From assembly GCA_934096075.1 (NCBI GenBank), contig CAKOLN010000007.1, positions 4,326 to 68,325 on the forward strand: a stretch of 64,000 nt of DNA, read 5' to 3'. Every line of letters begins with the position of its first letter. Within the stretch, counting starts at the first letter, position 1. Under the pieces are notes generated by a model that was given only the letters and a program-made list of their open reading frames with translations, ran no database searches and was not told where the DNA came from. Below are positions 41,652-49,685 of the stretch, in pieces. The DNA is from an uncultured Bacilli bacterium. GTDB taxonomy: Bacteria > Bacillota_I > Bacilli_A > RF39 > UBA660. Made by a program: the position numbers and the translations under genes.

Positions 41652-41673
41652 ACTTATCTAAAACTTATCTTAA
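41652..41673 (+). repeat. tandem CTTATCTA site, copy 2 (upstream of the wHTH operon promoter)
   Basis: ACTTATCTA-AAA-CTTATCTTAA. An extra half-site TTATCTAAAAATTGTAAG lies at 41693..41710. Confidence 0.7.
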
Positions 41674-41714
41674 TGCCTTTTTTGAGGTGAAATTATCTAA
41701 AAATTGTAAGTAGT

Positions 41715-41754
41715 AAAAAGCTCGCAAGCCCTTTATTTATAAGGATTTGCGAAC
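41715..41754 (-). terminator. degenerate copy of the secA terminator
   Basis: Minus strand: GTTCGCAAATCC-ttataaataaa-GGGCTTGCGAGC-TTTTT. It is homologous to the real secA terminator but has 3 stem mismatches. Confidence 0.5.
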
Positions 41755-41900
41755 TTATTTACCACAACACTACTTATACTTGCGTCCACTGCCACATGGC
41801 CTTTTGTATTGGGGATTTTGGTAGCTTTTGGGAGCACTTGGCTAGTTATTTTGGCATTTGGCTGCACCCCAGAGCACTCCGTAGCACTCGGCAAACCTAG
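41755..41900 (-). pseudogene. decayed duplicate of the secA 3' end (C-terminal zinc-finger tail)
   Basis: TTATTTACCACAACA at 41755..41769 is identical to 43984..43998. Translation gives ...KRPCGSGRKYK*CCGK* versus the authentic ...DPCPCGSGRKYKQCCGK*. It has an in-frame TAG, a small deletion/frameshift, and GC content visibly above the surroundings. Confidence 0.75.
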
Positions 41901-41904
41901 TAGA

Positions 41905-41930
41905 ACTTATCTAAAAACTTATCTAAAAAA
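41905..41930 (+). repeat. tandem CTTATCTA site, copy 3
   Basis: ACTTATCTA-AAAA-CTTATCTAAAAAA, between the 572-aa gene stop and the secA remnant. Confidence 0.7.
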
Positions 41931-41985
41931 TAACGAATTTTAATAAATTACAATTTTTAGGCAAGAATAACATTTTGTAATTTAA

Positions 41986-43704
41986 CTACATCCAAAATCT
42001 TATTTCTTCTATTTTATAACCTCTTTTTTCTATTTCCTCAACTATTTGTTTAAAACTTGTGGAATTCATATTTTTAATTCTTCTATATCCACCAAAAGAT
42101 TTTGGTGCTACTTGTGGAATATTTTCCAATAACCAATAATAGACTTCTCTATCATGTGCTTCTTCAATATAAGGGTCAATTATTCGTTTTTGATAGTCTT
42201 CAGCACTTTCTGTTCCTGTTTCAGAAGCAAACTTTTGTAAATTATGCAATTCATCTACTCGTGTACCATGTAATTTATTCAAATTTTTATGTTCTACTTT
42301 TGCATCTTCAAATCTCCCTGCTAAAATCATCATATCAACTAATCTTTCATAGTCATCTCTTGTATATGCGTAAAAAGAATGAGGATACAACTCGTTTACT
42401 TTTTTCAAACACGCTATTGCTAAATCATAGCTTTTATTATTTTTATACTCTGTAGCTTTTCTACTAAGTATTTGTTCTGGCATATATACAACACTTTCGC
42501 CACCATCAGAATATTTTTGAGCTTCAGTTATAAGTATAGACATTATTCCATCTATAGTTGTTAAATCATATTTGCTATTAAACTCATTGATTTTTTTATT
42601 AGTATAACTATCATATCCTGTTTCATAGTTTTTATTATTCTGATTTTCTTTTTTTACTGTATCATCAATTAATTGTTCAGGTTGTACATTATTACTTTGT
42701 TTATTCTTCTTTTTATTCTTAATAATCAATATAATAACTATCGGTGATAAAAAGATACCTGCTGTTATTATGATCGCTAACATATCTATTATAGTAGAAA
42801 CAATAGCAGGATAATCAGTAATAATTATTTCATATATATTTTCATTATCATTTTCATCTAAAACTATTAATTTTATCTTGTCATTTTCTTTCAATGATTC
42901 TAGTTTTGTAATCTCTTTTTCGTTTAAATATATTTTTAGTTTTGCCTTTGCATCACTTAACTCGTATGAATAGTCTAGGGATGTTTCATTCTTTAATTTA
43001 GTTATGGTAGCTTTGTTGTTTTCAAATTCAACTTCACTAGATCCTAATACAAATTTTTTAATTGTAGCTGTTCCCTTGCCTTTAGTTTTATTAATTGTTA
43101 AAGTATAATTCTTTTTGTCTCCATTTTCGGCAGTAACAACTATATTAATTGTATTTTCACCCAGTGATAATTCTTTATTTTCAAATTCAACTTTCGCTTT
43201 TGAATCATTTGCTTCTATCTTAATGTCAACATGTTTTTTTTCTGTTTTAAAATTCATATTATCAGAAACAGTTATTTGTTCATCATCTATAGATACTTCT
43301 TTTATAGAATTATCTTTGCTTTTTTCTATAACAACTTCTTTTTGGCTGTTATTTTGTGTATTATTGTTTGAATAATTATTACCATAATTGCTACTTGTCC
43401 CACCGTTTCCGGAACTGTTCGATGAAGAGTTGCTGCTACCATCCGTTGCTCCAGCAGTCCCCTCATTTTTGTTATAGCCAGAACATGGATCACTATAAAT
43501 TGCTTCTCCATCAGCATAATAATTATTTCCGTTTGTCACCGCCACATGCCAATGAGTTCCGCCATGACCATCACTGTGCATTCCATATGTAACACCATTT
43601 GGACATGTTTTTATAGAACTTTTTCTTAAACCACCACCTGTTGCATTTACTGTAAGTGGTAAAAGTACTAACATACAAATTCCTAATGTTAAAATCCTTT
43701 TCAT
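41986..43704 (-). CDS. bitopic surface protein: signal peptide, His-rich (GGTHWH) module, Asn/Ser/Gly linker, cadherin-like beta-sandwich repeats, TM helix, helical cytoplasmic domain
   Basis: ATG 43704 (MKRILTLGICMLVLLPLTVNA) follows RBS AAGAGGTG. Motifs include MHSDGHGGTHWHV and the cadherin-like signature GENTINIVVTAENGDKKNYTLTINKT. The TM is IIDMLAIIITAGIFLSPIVIILII, followed by a C-terminal region of about 230 aa of unknown family. Confidence 0.7.
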   Translation of the reverse strand: MKRILTLGICMLVLLPLTVNATGGGLRKSSIKTCPNGVTYGMHSDGHGGTHWHVAVTNGNNYYADGEAIYSDPCSGYNKNEGTAGATDGSSNSSSNSSGNGGTSSNYGNNYSNNNTQNNSQKEVVIEKSKDNSIKEVSIDDEQITVSDNMNFKTEKKHVDIKIEANDSKAKVEFENKELSLGENTINIVVTAENGDKKNYTLTINKTKGKGTATIKKFVLGSSEVEFENNKATITKLKNETSLDYSYELSDAKAKLKIYLNEKEITKLESLKENDKIKLIVLDENDNENIYEIIITDYPAIVSTIIDMLAIIITAGIFLSPIVIILIIKNKKKNKQSNNVQPEQLIDDTVKKENQNNKNYETGYDSYTNKKINEFNSKYDLTTIDGIMSILITEAQKYSDGGESVVYMPEQILSRKATEYKNNKSYDLAIACLKKVNELYPHSFYAYTRDDYERLVDMMILAGRFEDAKVEHKNLNKLHGTRVDELHNLQKFASETGTESAEDYQKRIIDPYIEEAHDREVYYWLLENIPQVAPKSFGGYRRIKNMNSTSFKQIVEEIEKRGYKIEEIRFWM

Positions 43705-43783
43705 TCTTACACCTCTTATAATAATTATAACATAAATTATTGGTATAATTTTGATATTACAACTTTTAAATAACAAATTACAA

Positions 43784-43808
43784 TTTAGATAATTTTTAGA
43801 TAAGTTTT
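43784..43808 (-). repeat. tandem CTTATCTA site, copy 4 (inverted relative to the others; upstream of the 572-aa gene)
   Basis: The plus strand reads TTTAGATAATTTTTAGATAAGTTTT, which is the reverse complement of AAAACTTATCTA-AAAA-TTATCTAAA. Confidence 0.7.
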
Positions 43809-43881
43809 GTATTTAATTTGAGAACATTCTTATAATATGCGTTTTGCCCTTATTTTATAAGGGCTTGCAAGGATTTTACTG

Positions 43882-43902
43882 CTTATCTAAAACTTATCTA
43901 AG
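43882..43902 (+). repeat. tandem CTTATCTA site, copy 5 (just downstream of the secA terminator)
   Basis: CTTATCTA-AAA-CTTATCTAAG occupies the same relative position to the authentic secA end as copy 2 does to the remnant. Confidence 0.7.
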
Positions 43903-43944
43903 ACAAAAGACATGCCTAAAATTACCTAAATATTGTAATCATAG

Positions 43945-43983
43945 AAAAACCCGCAATCCCTTATTTTATACGGGTTCGCGGGC
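43945..43983 (-). terminator. rho-independent terminator of secA
   Basis: Minus strand: GCCCGCGAACCC-gtataaaataa-GGGATTGCGGG-TTTTTC, immediately after the TAA. Confidence 0.85.
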
Positions 43984-46476
43984 TTATTTACCACAACATT
44001 GTTTATATTTACGTCCTGAGCCACAAGGACAAGGATCATTTCTACCAACAGTTTGGTTCTTTTTAACAGGTTTTGATTTAACCTTTTCTTTACTATCATT
44101 AGTTCTAATATTTTTATTCTCAACTCTTTCTAAGTTTTGTCTAACTTCTGCTTTAAGTAAATAAGTAGTTATTTCTTTATTAGTCTCTTTTAACATATTG
44201 TCAAAAAGTTCAAAACCTTCTAGTGCATAAGCCTGTAATGGATTAGTTTGAGCATATCCTCTTAATCCAATTCCTTCTTTTAAATGTTCCATATTATCTA
44301 GCTGATTCATCCAATTCTTATCTAATACTTTTAACGTAATAGCTTTTTCAAAATCATCTTGTATATCTAAAGGAACTTCACTTAGCTTAGAATTATAATC
44401 ATTAACAACTATATCATAAATATAATCTTGCATTTCAGGAATACTCTTACTTTCTAATTCTTTCTCATCTAATTTTTTAGATTTAAGTAAATTAGCATTA
44501 AAGTACTCACATATATTAACTACATCATTATGTGTAATTGTATCCTCAGGTGGAAAATGATTATTAATTTGATCAATAACAAATTCTTTAAATATAGTTA
44601 AAATTCTATCTTTTATATTATCTTTATCTAATATTTCATTTCTTCTTTCATAAACAATTTCTCTCTGTTTACTAATTACATTATCATAATCAAGTAATGC
44701 TTTTCTTCTATCATAGTTAAATCCTTCAACTCTCTTTTGACTAGATTCAATATTTTTACTCATCATTCTATGATTTATAGGTGTATTTTCATCAAAACCA
44801 AGACTACCCATTAAAGATTTTATTTTTTCACTACCAAACTTAATCATTAAGTCATCTTCCATAGAAACATAGAATCTTGTTCTACCTGGGTCTCCTTGTC
44901 TACCACTTCTACCTCTTAATTGATTATCAATACGTCTACTTTCATGTCTCTCAGTACCTATTACTAAAAGACCACCTAATTCCTTAACACCTTCACCCAA
45001 TTTAATATCTGTACCACGTCCAGCCATATTAGTTGCAATAGTAACAGCATCTTTTTGACCAGCTTTTTCTATTATATGAGCTTCTCTTTCATGATTCTTT
45101 GCATTTAATAGTTCATGTGGTATTCTTTTTTTATTTAATAAACCACTTAAATATTCACTACTTTCAATTGATGCAGTACCAACTAATATAGGTTGATGAG
45201 TCTTATGTATTTCTTCTATATAATTAGCAATAGCATTATATTTACCTCTTTTATTCATAAATACATAATCTTCTTCATCTATTCTAATAACAGGTTTATT
45301 TGTAGGAATTACAATAACATACATATTATAAATATTTCTAAATTCTTCCTCTTCAGTTTTAGCAGTACCTGTCATACCTGATAACTTATTATACATTCTA
45401 AATAAATTTTGAAAAGTAATCGTAGCCAAAACTTTAGTTTCTTCATTAATATGTACCCCTTCTTTTGCTTCTAAAGCTTGATGAAGTCCATCACTATATT
45501 GTCTTCCATGCATAAGTCTACCAGTAAATGCATCTACAATTATAATTTTATCACTATCAACTACATAATCCACATCTTTTTTAAATCCATAATTAGCAAC
45601 TAAAGCCTTATCTAAATTATGCACTATGGCAGCATTCTTAATATCATATAAATTATCAACATTCAATAATCTTTCTGCTTTTACAATACCTTCTTCAGTT
45701 AAAGTAACGCTTCTAGTTTTTTCATCTAACACATAATCATCAGTAGTTAAACTCTTAGCCGTTCTATCCGCTAATTTATATAAATCAGCACTTTTACTTA
45801 CACCACCACTTATAATTAACGGAGTTCTTGCTTCATCTATTAATATTGAGTCAACTTCATCTATAATTGCAAAATTTAAAGGTCTTTGTACTCTATTTTT
45901 CCTTCTAACAACCATGTTATCTCTTAAATAGTCAAACCCTAATTCATTATTAGTTGTATATGTAATATCTTTACTATATGCTTCTCTCTTTTGTTCTGGA
46001 GTAGCATCTTTCAAATTAACTCCTACACTAACATCAAGATAATTATAAATCTTACCCATCCATTCAGCATCACGTACACTTAAATATTCATTTACTGTAA
46101 CAACATGAACACCTTTTCCAGATAACGCATTTAAATATGCAGGCATAGTACTTGTTAAAGTTTTACCTTCACCTGTTTTCATCTCAGCTATATTACCATA
46201 ATGTATACATATACCACCAATAACTTGAACTTTATAAGGTTTTTCTCCTATCATTCTATATGCAGCCTCTCTAACAACCGCAAAAGCAGGCACTAATATA
46301 TCATCCAATGTTTCTCCATCTTTTAATCTAGTCTTAAATTCTTGAGTTTTAGCTTTCAATTCTAAATCTGTTAGTTTACTCATTTCTTCATCTAAAGCCA
46401 TAACTTCATCAGCTAACTTATCAAATCTTTGTAATTCTTTATATTCTCTGTCAAATAATTTTGTAAATATATTCAT
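43984..46476 (-). CDS. secA: preprotein translocase ATPase SecA
   Basis: Walker A MKTGEGKT, DEAD-like IIDEVDSILIDEARTPLIISG, TNMAGRGTDI, and C-terminal zinc finger CPCGSGRKYKQCCGK. Confidence 0.97.
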   Translation of the reverse strand: MNIFTKLFDREYKELQRFDKLADEVMALDEEMSKLTDLELKAKTQEFKTRLKDGETLDDILVPAFAVVREAAYRMIGEKPYKVQVIGGICIHYGNIAEMKTGEGKTLTSTMPAYLNALSGKGVHVVTVNEYLSVRDAEWMGKIYNYLDVSVGVNLKDATPEQKREAYSKDITYTTNNELGFDYLRDNMVVRRKNRVQRPLNFAIIDEVDSILIDEARTPLIISGGVSKSADLYKLADRTAKSLTTDDYVLDEKTRSVTLTEEGIVKAERLLNVDNLYDIKNAAIVHNLDKALVANYGFKKDVDYVVDSDKIIIVDAFTGRLMHGRQYSDGLHQALEAKEGVHINEETKVLATITFQNLFRMYNKLSGMTGTAKTEEEEFRNIYNMYVIVIPTNKPVIRIDEEDYVFMNKRGKYNAIANYIEEIHKTHQPILVGTASIESSEYLSGLLNKKRIPHELLNAKNHEREAHIIEKAGQKDAVTIATNMAGRGTDIKLGEGVKELGGLLVIGTERHESRRIDNQLRGRSGRQGDPGRTRFYVSMEDDLMIKFGSEKIKSLMGSLGFDENTPINHRMMSKNIESSQKRVEGFNYDRRKALLDYDNVISKQREIVYERRNEILDKDNIKDRILTIFKEFVIDQINNHFPPEDTITHNDVVNICEYFNANLLKSKKLDEKELESKSIPEMQDYIYDIVVNDYNSKLSEVPLDIQDDFEKAITLKVLDKNWMNQLDNMEHLKEGIGLRGYAQTNPLQAYALEGFELFDNMLKETNKEITTYLLKAEVRQNLERVENKNIRTNDSKEKVKSKPVKKNQTVGRNDPCPCGSGRKYKQCCGK

Positions 46477-46526
46477 CTATAACATCTCCTACTAAATATT
46501 TTACCATGTATTAAATTAAAATAAAA

Positions 46527-46547
46527 GAAAAAAGCGATTTCTCGCTT
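46527..46547 (-). terminator. hairpin terminator/attenuator between hpf and secA
   Basis: Minus strand: AAGCGA-gaaa-TCGCTT followed by TTTTC. Confidence 0.55.
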
Positions 46548-47068
46548 TAGTTAGTCTCTATAATTCCATAAGTTCCATCATATCTTTTATATAAAACATT
46601 AACATTTTCTGTTTTAATATCTTTATATATATAGAAATTATGTCCAGAAAGTTCCATTTCTAATATTGCATCTTCTTCATGCATTGGTTTTAAATAAACT
46701 TTCTTTCTTTTTACTATTTCTTCTATTTCGTCATCATCTATAATTTCCTCTTCATTATAAACAATTTGAACTCTATCTTTACTCATTAATTTAGATTTAT
46801 ATTTTCTCATTTGTGTTTCTAACTTATCAACAACTAAATCAATCGCAGCATATAAATCACTATGTGATACCTCAGCTCTTAAGTCATATTTACCACCATT
46901 AATAGTAACTTCAACTTTTTGTTCTCTACCTCTAATACTAAAAATCACTTTACAAACTATATTATTTGGATTATCAAAATACTTTTCCATTCTAGAAAGT
47001 TTATCAGTAGCATATTCCTTCATAGACGGAGTTACTTCCATTCTTTCACCACGTATTTGAAAATTCAT
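46547..47068 (-). CDS. hpf: ribosome hibernation-promoting factor (long HPF)
   Basis: N-terminal S30AE/sigma-54 modulation domain (MNFQIRGERMEVTPSMKEYATDKL) plus a C-terminal dimerisation domain (KPMHEEDAILEMELSGHNFYIYKD). Confidence 0.93.
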   Translation of the reverse strand: MNFQIRGERMEVTPSMKEYATDKLSRMEKYFDNPNNIVCKVIFSIRGREQKVEVTINGGKYDLRAEVSHSDLYAAIDLVVDKLETQMRKYKSKLMSKDRVQIVYNEEEIIDDDEIEEIVKRKKVYLKPMHEEDAILEMELSGHNFYIYKDIKTENVNVLYKRYDGTYGIIETN

Positions 47069-47112
47069 CTTATCACCTCTATATAAAATATACCATAAAA
47101 AATAGAAAAAAA

Positions 47113-47346
47113 CTACACTAAAGTAGTTAATTTCAATTCTTTGACATTAATTGCTTGGTTACCCTTAGCAGTTTTTATTAAATTAAATTCAACAATATCG
47201 CCTTCTTTTAATGTTTTGTAACCACTTTTTTCAATCGCAGAATAATGTACGAACACGTCTTCATCACTACTCGTACTTGCTCCAAGTTCAATAAATCCAT
47301 AACCCTTGTCATTATTAAACCATTTAACTCTACCGCGTCTAATCAC
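47113..47346 (-). CDS. cold-shock domain protein
   Basis: RNP-1 [12 protein letters not shown] and RNP-2 VFVHYSAI. The likely GTG start at 47346 follows RBS GGAAGGAGA. The track ORF extends further upstream without support. Confidence 0.85.
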   Translation of the reverse strand: MIRRGRVKWFNNDKGYGFIELGASTSSDEDVFVHYSAIEKSGYKTLKEGDIVEFNLIKTAKGNQAINVKELKLTTLV

Positions 47347-47474
47347 AACACTCTTTCTCCTTCCTATACAAAATCTCAAACCCAAACCTTTCCCTAAACC
47401 TTGCAAGATTTAAAAATATCACTAGTACTAGTCGATTTACTCTCGAGTACATATACATCATATCATAAATAAAA

Positions 47475-47507
47475 ATTAAATGTTGTAACTATGCATAATT
47501 AAATGCT
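47475..47507 (+). promoter_or_regulatory. candidate LytTR (AgrA-type) direct-repeat box upstream of agrB
   Basis: ATTAAATGTT (47475..47484) - 13 nt - ATTAAATGCT (47498..47507), followed by TTGTCA-N17-TAATTT. The signal is weak because the region is AT-rich. Confidence 0.3.
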
Positions 47508-47640
47508 TTTTTGTCATGAAATGCAAATTACCATAATTTTATTAATTTTTTTTATTATTTTTTTACATAATAATACAATATAAAACAAATATAAACAAAT
47601 TAAATATTATATATAATATAATTGTTTCGGAAGTGATGAA

Positions 47641-48252
47641 ATGAAAGATCTTTTAATTAATTCCACAATGAATAATATTAAACGATATTATAATTATGAC
47701 GAAGTAAGGTTAAAAGAAATAAGATATGGTTTAGCAAGTTTATATCTACATTTAACTAAAACAATTGTAATATTTAGTTTATCATATTTATTTGGATATT
47801 TAAGAACACTTCTTATATTAATGGCAACATATAGTGTACTAAGACTAACTGCCTTTGGTGTACATGCAAAAAAAAGTTCACATTGCTGGATAGCATCTTC
47901 TATTACATTTCTGCTTTTACCAATATTATGTGAAAGTTTAAATATAAATCTTAAATTTAAGATATTAATATCTGTGTTTTGTATAATATTTTTAAGTATC
48001 TATGCACCTGCCGACACTGAAAAAAGGCCATTAATAAATAAAAAGAAAAGAATTATATTTAAAATCGTAACAATTATTTCAAGCATAACATATTTAATTC
48101 TTATTGTAATAATTAAAGACTATATTTTAAATAATTGTATTTTATTTGGATTAATACTAGGTACAGTTGCTGTATTACCAATAACTTACAAATTATTTGG
48201 AGTAAAGTATAATAATTATAAAAATTATAAGAAAGGAGGATTAAATAAATGA
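47641..48252 (+). CDS. agrB: accessory gene regulator B (AgrD-processing membrane peptidase)
   Basis: 203-aa polytopic protein with the conserved catalytic region RLTAFGVHAKKSSHCWIASS (His...Cys). Confidence 0.9.
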   Translation: MKDLLINSTMNNIKRYYNYDEVRLKEIRYGLASLYLHLTKTIVIFSLSYLFGYLRTLLILMATYSVLRLTAFGVHAKKSSHCWIASSITFLLLPILCESLNINLKFKILISVFCIIFLSIYAPADTEKRPLINKKKRIIFKIVTIISSITYLILIVIIKDYILNNCILFGLILGTVAVLPITYKLFGVKYNNYKNYKKGGLNK

Positions 48253-48365
48253 AATTATTTGCTAGTTTATTCAGCTACTTAGGAGAATTCATCGCAAAAA
48301 CAACTTCTGGAGCTTGCTGGTTCAGTATGTTAGATGAAGAAGAAACACCAGAAAGTCTTTTATAA
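48249..48365 (+). CDS. agrD: autoinducing peptide precursor AgrD (38 aa), not in the ORF track
   Basis: Its ATG overlaps the agrB stop (ATGA). Own translation: MKLFASLFSYLGEFIAKTTSGACWFSMLDEEETPESLL*. It has an amphipathic leader, a Cys-containing core (CWFSM) and an acidic recognition tail (LDEEETPESLL), as in known AgrD peptides. Confidence 0.8.
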   Translation: MKLFASLFSYLGEFIAKTTSGACWFSMLDEEETPESLL

Positions 48366-48379
48366 AAAAATTAAAAATG

Positions 48380-48395
48380 ACACTTATTAAAGTGT
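48380..48395. terminator. short bidirectional hairpin between the convergent agrD and agrC
   Basis: ACACTT-atta-AAGTGT is flanked by an A-run and a T-run. It overlaps the agrC stop. Confidence 0.45.
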
Positions 48396-49685
48396 TATTT
48401 TTAATTCTGTTACAAAATCTTTATCAAACATATATTGACTCAAAGATAATTGTTCTGAACTAGTAATCAACTTATTTACAATATATAATCCATAACCGTG
48501 ATTTTTTCCTTTAGTACTAAATCCTTTTTTATTTATATTTTCTATATCAACCTTATCTTCACAACTATTTTGAATTAAAACAAATAATTCATTTCCAAGC
48601 TTAAACATTTCTATAAAAATCAATTTTTCGTTAGTATGTATTGTTGCTTCAATAGCATTATCTAATAAAATGCCAATAATTTTGCAAACTTTATAATAAA
48701 GCTTTGCATCCAATTTATCAAAATAAGTGTATACCTCTTTACTTATTTCAGTATTAAAATTAATGTTTTTATCAATTATATTAGCTACTTTATAATAAAC
48801 TATACCCTTTACACCAGTAGGTAAAGTATAAAGCCTAGTGTAAGCACCATTCTTCTTATTCTGATAATCATTTAAAATTTCACTTAATAAATCTTCATAC
48901 TCAATGCTTGCTTTATTTTTAAAACTTTTGAGTACAACCAAGTTATTCAACATTTCATGTCGATTTTCTCTATTAACTTCTAGCATAGACTCATACTCAT
49001 TCATTATATCTAACAATGCTTTTTGTTCAGCCAAAGCCGTTTTATTTTTAATAAATTCTTTGACCAATACAAATGATAACAAGGAAAACGCTAATAACAA
49101 AAAGAAAGTCATCCAAAAACTTTCAAAAAGAAAGTTAAAAGCATGTACATATGTAGCTAACACGAATGTCGAAAAAACAATTACTATCACTATTATAATT
49201 ACTGAACTAATTTTATTTTCAATTAGTTTAAAAAGATTTTTAGTAAAGCTAAGAAATTTTCTCATTTTAAATAAAAGATATAAGAAAATTGTTACGAAAA
49301 AGGTTGAAAATGCCTTTAATATATCAAGTGCATACATATTTACCTTATTTCCTGATGATAATATAAGTAAAAATAAAGATATTAAAAAATCAAAAATAAA
49401 TATAGCAATATATAAATATAAAGTTTTAAATAAAACAACATAATATTTTTCCTTAAATATTAAAAGTAACATTAAATACACTAATAATAACATAAATACT
49501 ATCTTAAATTTTGATACTACAAACATATTAATTATAAAATCAAATACTGCACTTATTAATATTGTTAATATACTTTTTAAATTTAATTCACATGTATCAT
49601 TCAAAGTTTTTTCATAACATTTTACCAGAACAAACAAATTTAAAAATGCTCCAATAAAACACAATGCATAACTAACGATTTTCAC
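48387..49685 (-). CDS. agrC: AgrC-like sensor histidine kinase (HPK10, GHKL ATPase)
   Basis: About 6 TM segments in the N-terminus. H-box-like NRENRHEMLNNL, N-box IGILLDNAIEA and G-box GFSTKGKNHGYGLYIV. Confidence 0.8.
   Translation of the reverse strand: MKIVSYALCFIGAFLNLFVLVKCYEKTLNDTCELNLKSILTILISAVFDFIINMFVVSKFKIVFMLLLVYLMLLLIFKEKYYVVLFKTLYLYIAIFIFDFLISLFLLILSSGNKVNMYALDILKAFSTFFVTIFLYLLFKMRKFLSFTKNLFKLIENKISSVIIIVIVIVFSTFVLATYVHAFNFLFESFWMTFFLLLAFSLLSFVLVKEFIKNKTALAEQKALLDIMNEYESMLEVNRENRHEMLNNLVVLKSFKNKASIEYEDLLSEILNDYQNKKNGAYTRLYTLPTGVKGIVYYKVANIIDKNINFNTEISKEVYTYFDKLDAKLYYKVCKIIGILLDNAIEATIHTNEKLIFIEMFKLGNELFVLIQNSCEDKVDIENINKKGFSTKGKNHGYGLYIVNKLITSSEQLSLSQYMFDKDFVTELKITL

Larger units (their letters stand above)
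39627..43983. other. variable genomic islet inserted downstream of secA (no recombinase gene seen)
   Basis: It is bounded by the secA terminator on the right and by a terminator-like hairpin (AAAGAT..ATCTTTT, about 39600..39626) on the left. It contains a duplicated secA 3' end, repeated CTTATCTA sites and only orphan or phage-like genes. Confidence 0.6.

Noticed and set aside
43705-43776. N-terminal 24-codon extension of the 596-aa track ORF (MLFKSCNIKIIPIIYVIIIIRGVR...)
   Set aside because: The extension covers the RBS (AAGAGGTG) and promoter-like sequence. The internal Met begins a canonical signal peptide.
39600-43983. Calling the secA-downstream islet a bona fide integrative mobile element
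   Set aside because: No integrase, recombinase, transposase or relaxase ORF is present in any frame that I could find. Only the repeat scar supports past mobility, so it is reported as an islet rather than annotated as a mobile element.
43844-44164. ORFs 43844..44164 (+) and 43926..44123 (-) spanning the secA terminator region
   Set aside because: They run through the terminator hairpins, the repeat motifs and the authentic secA 3' end. The secA frame is clearly the real one.
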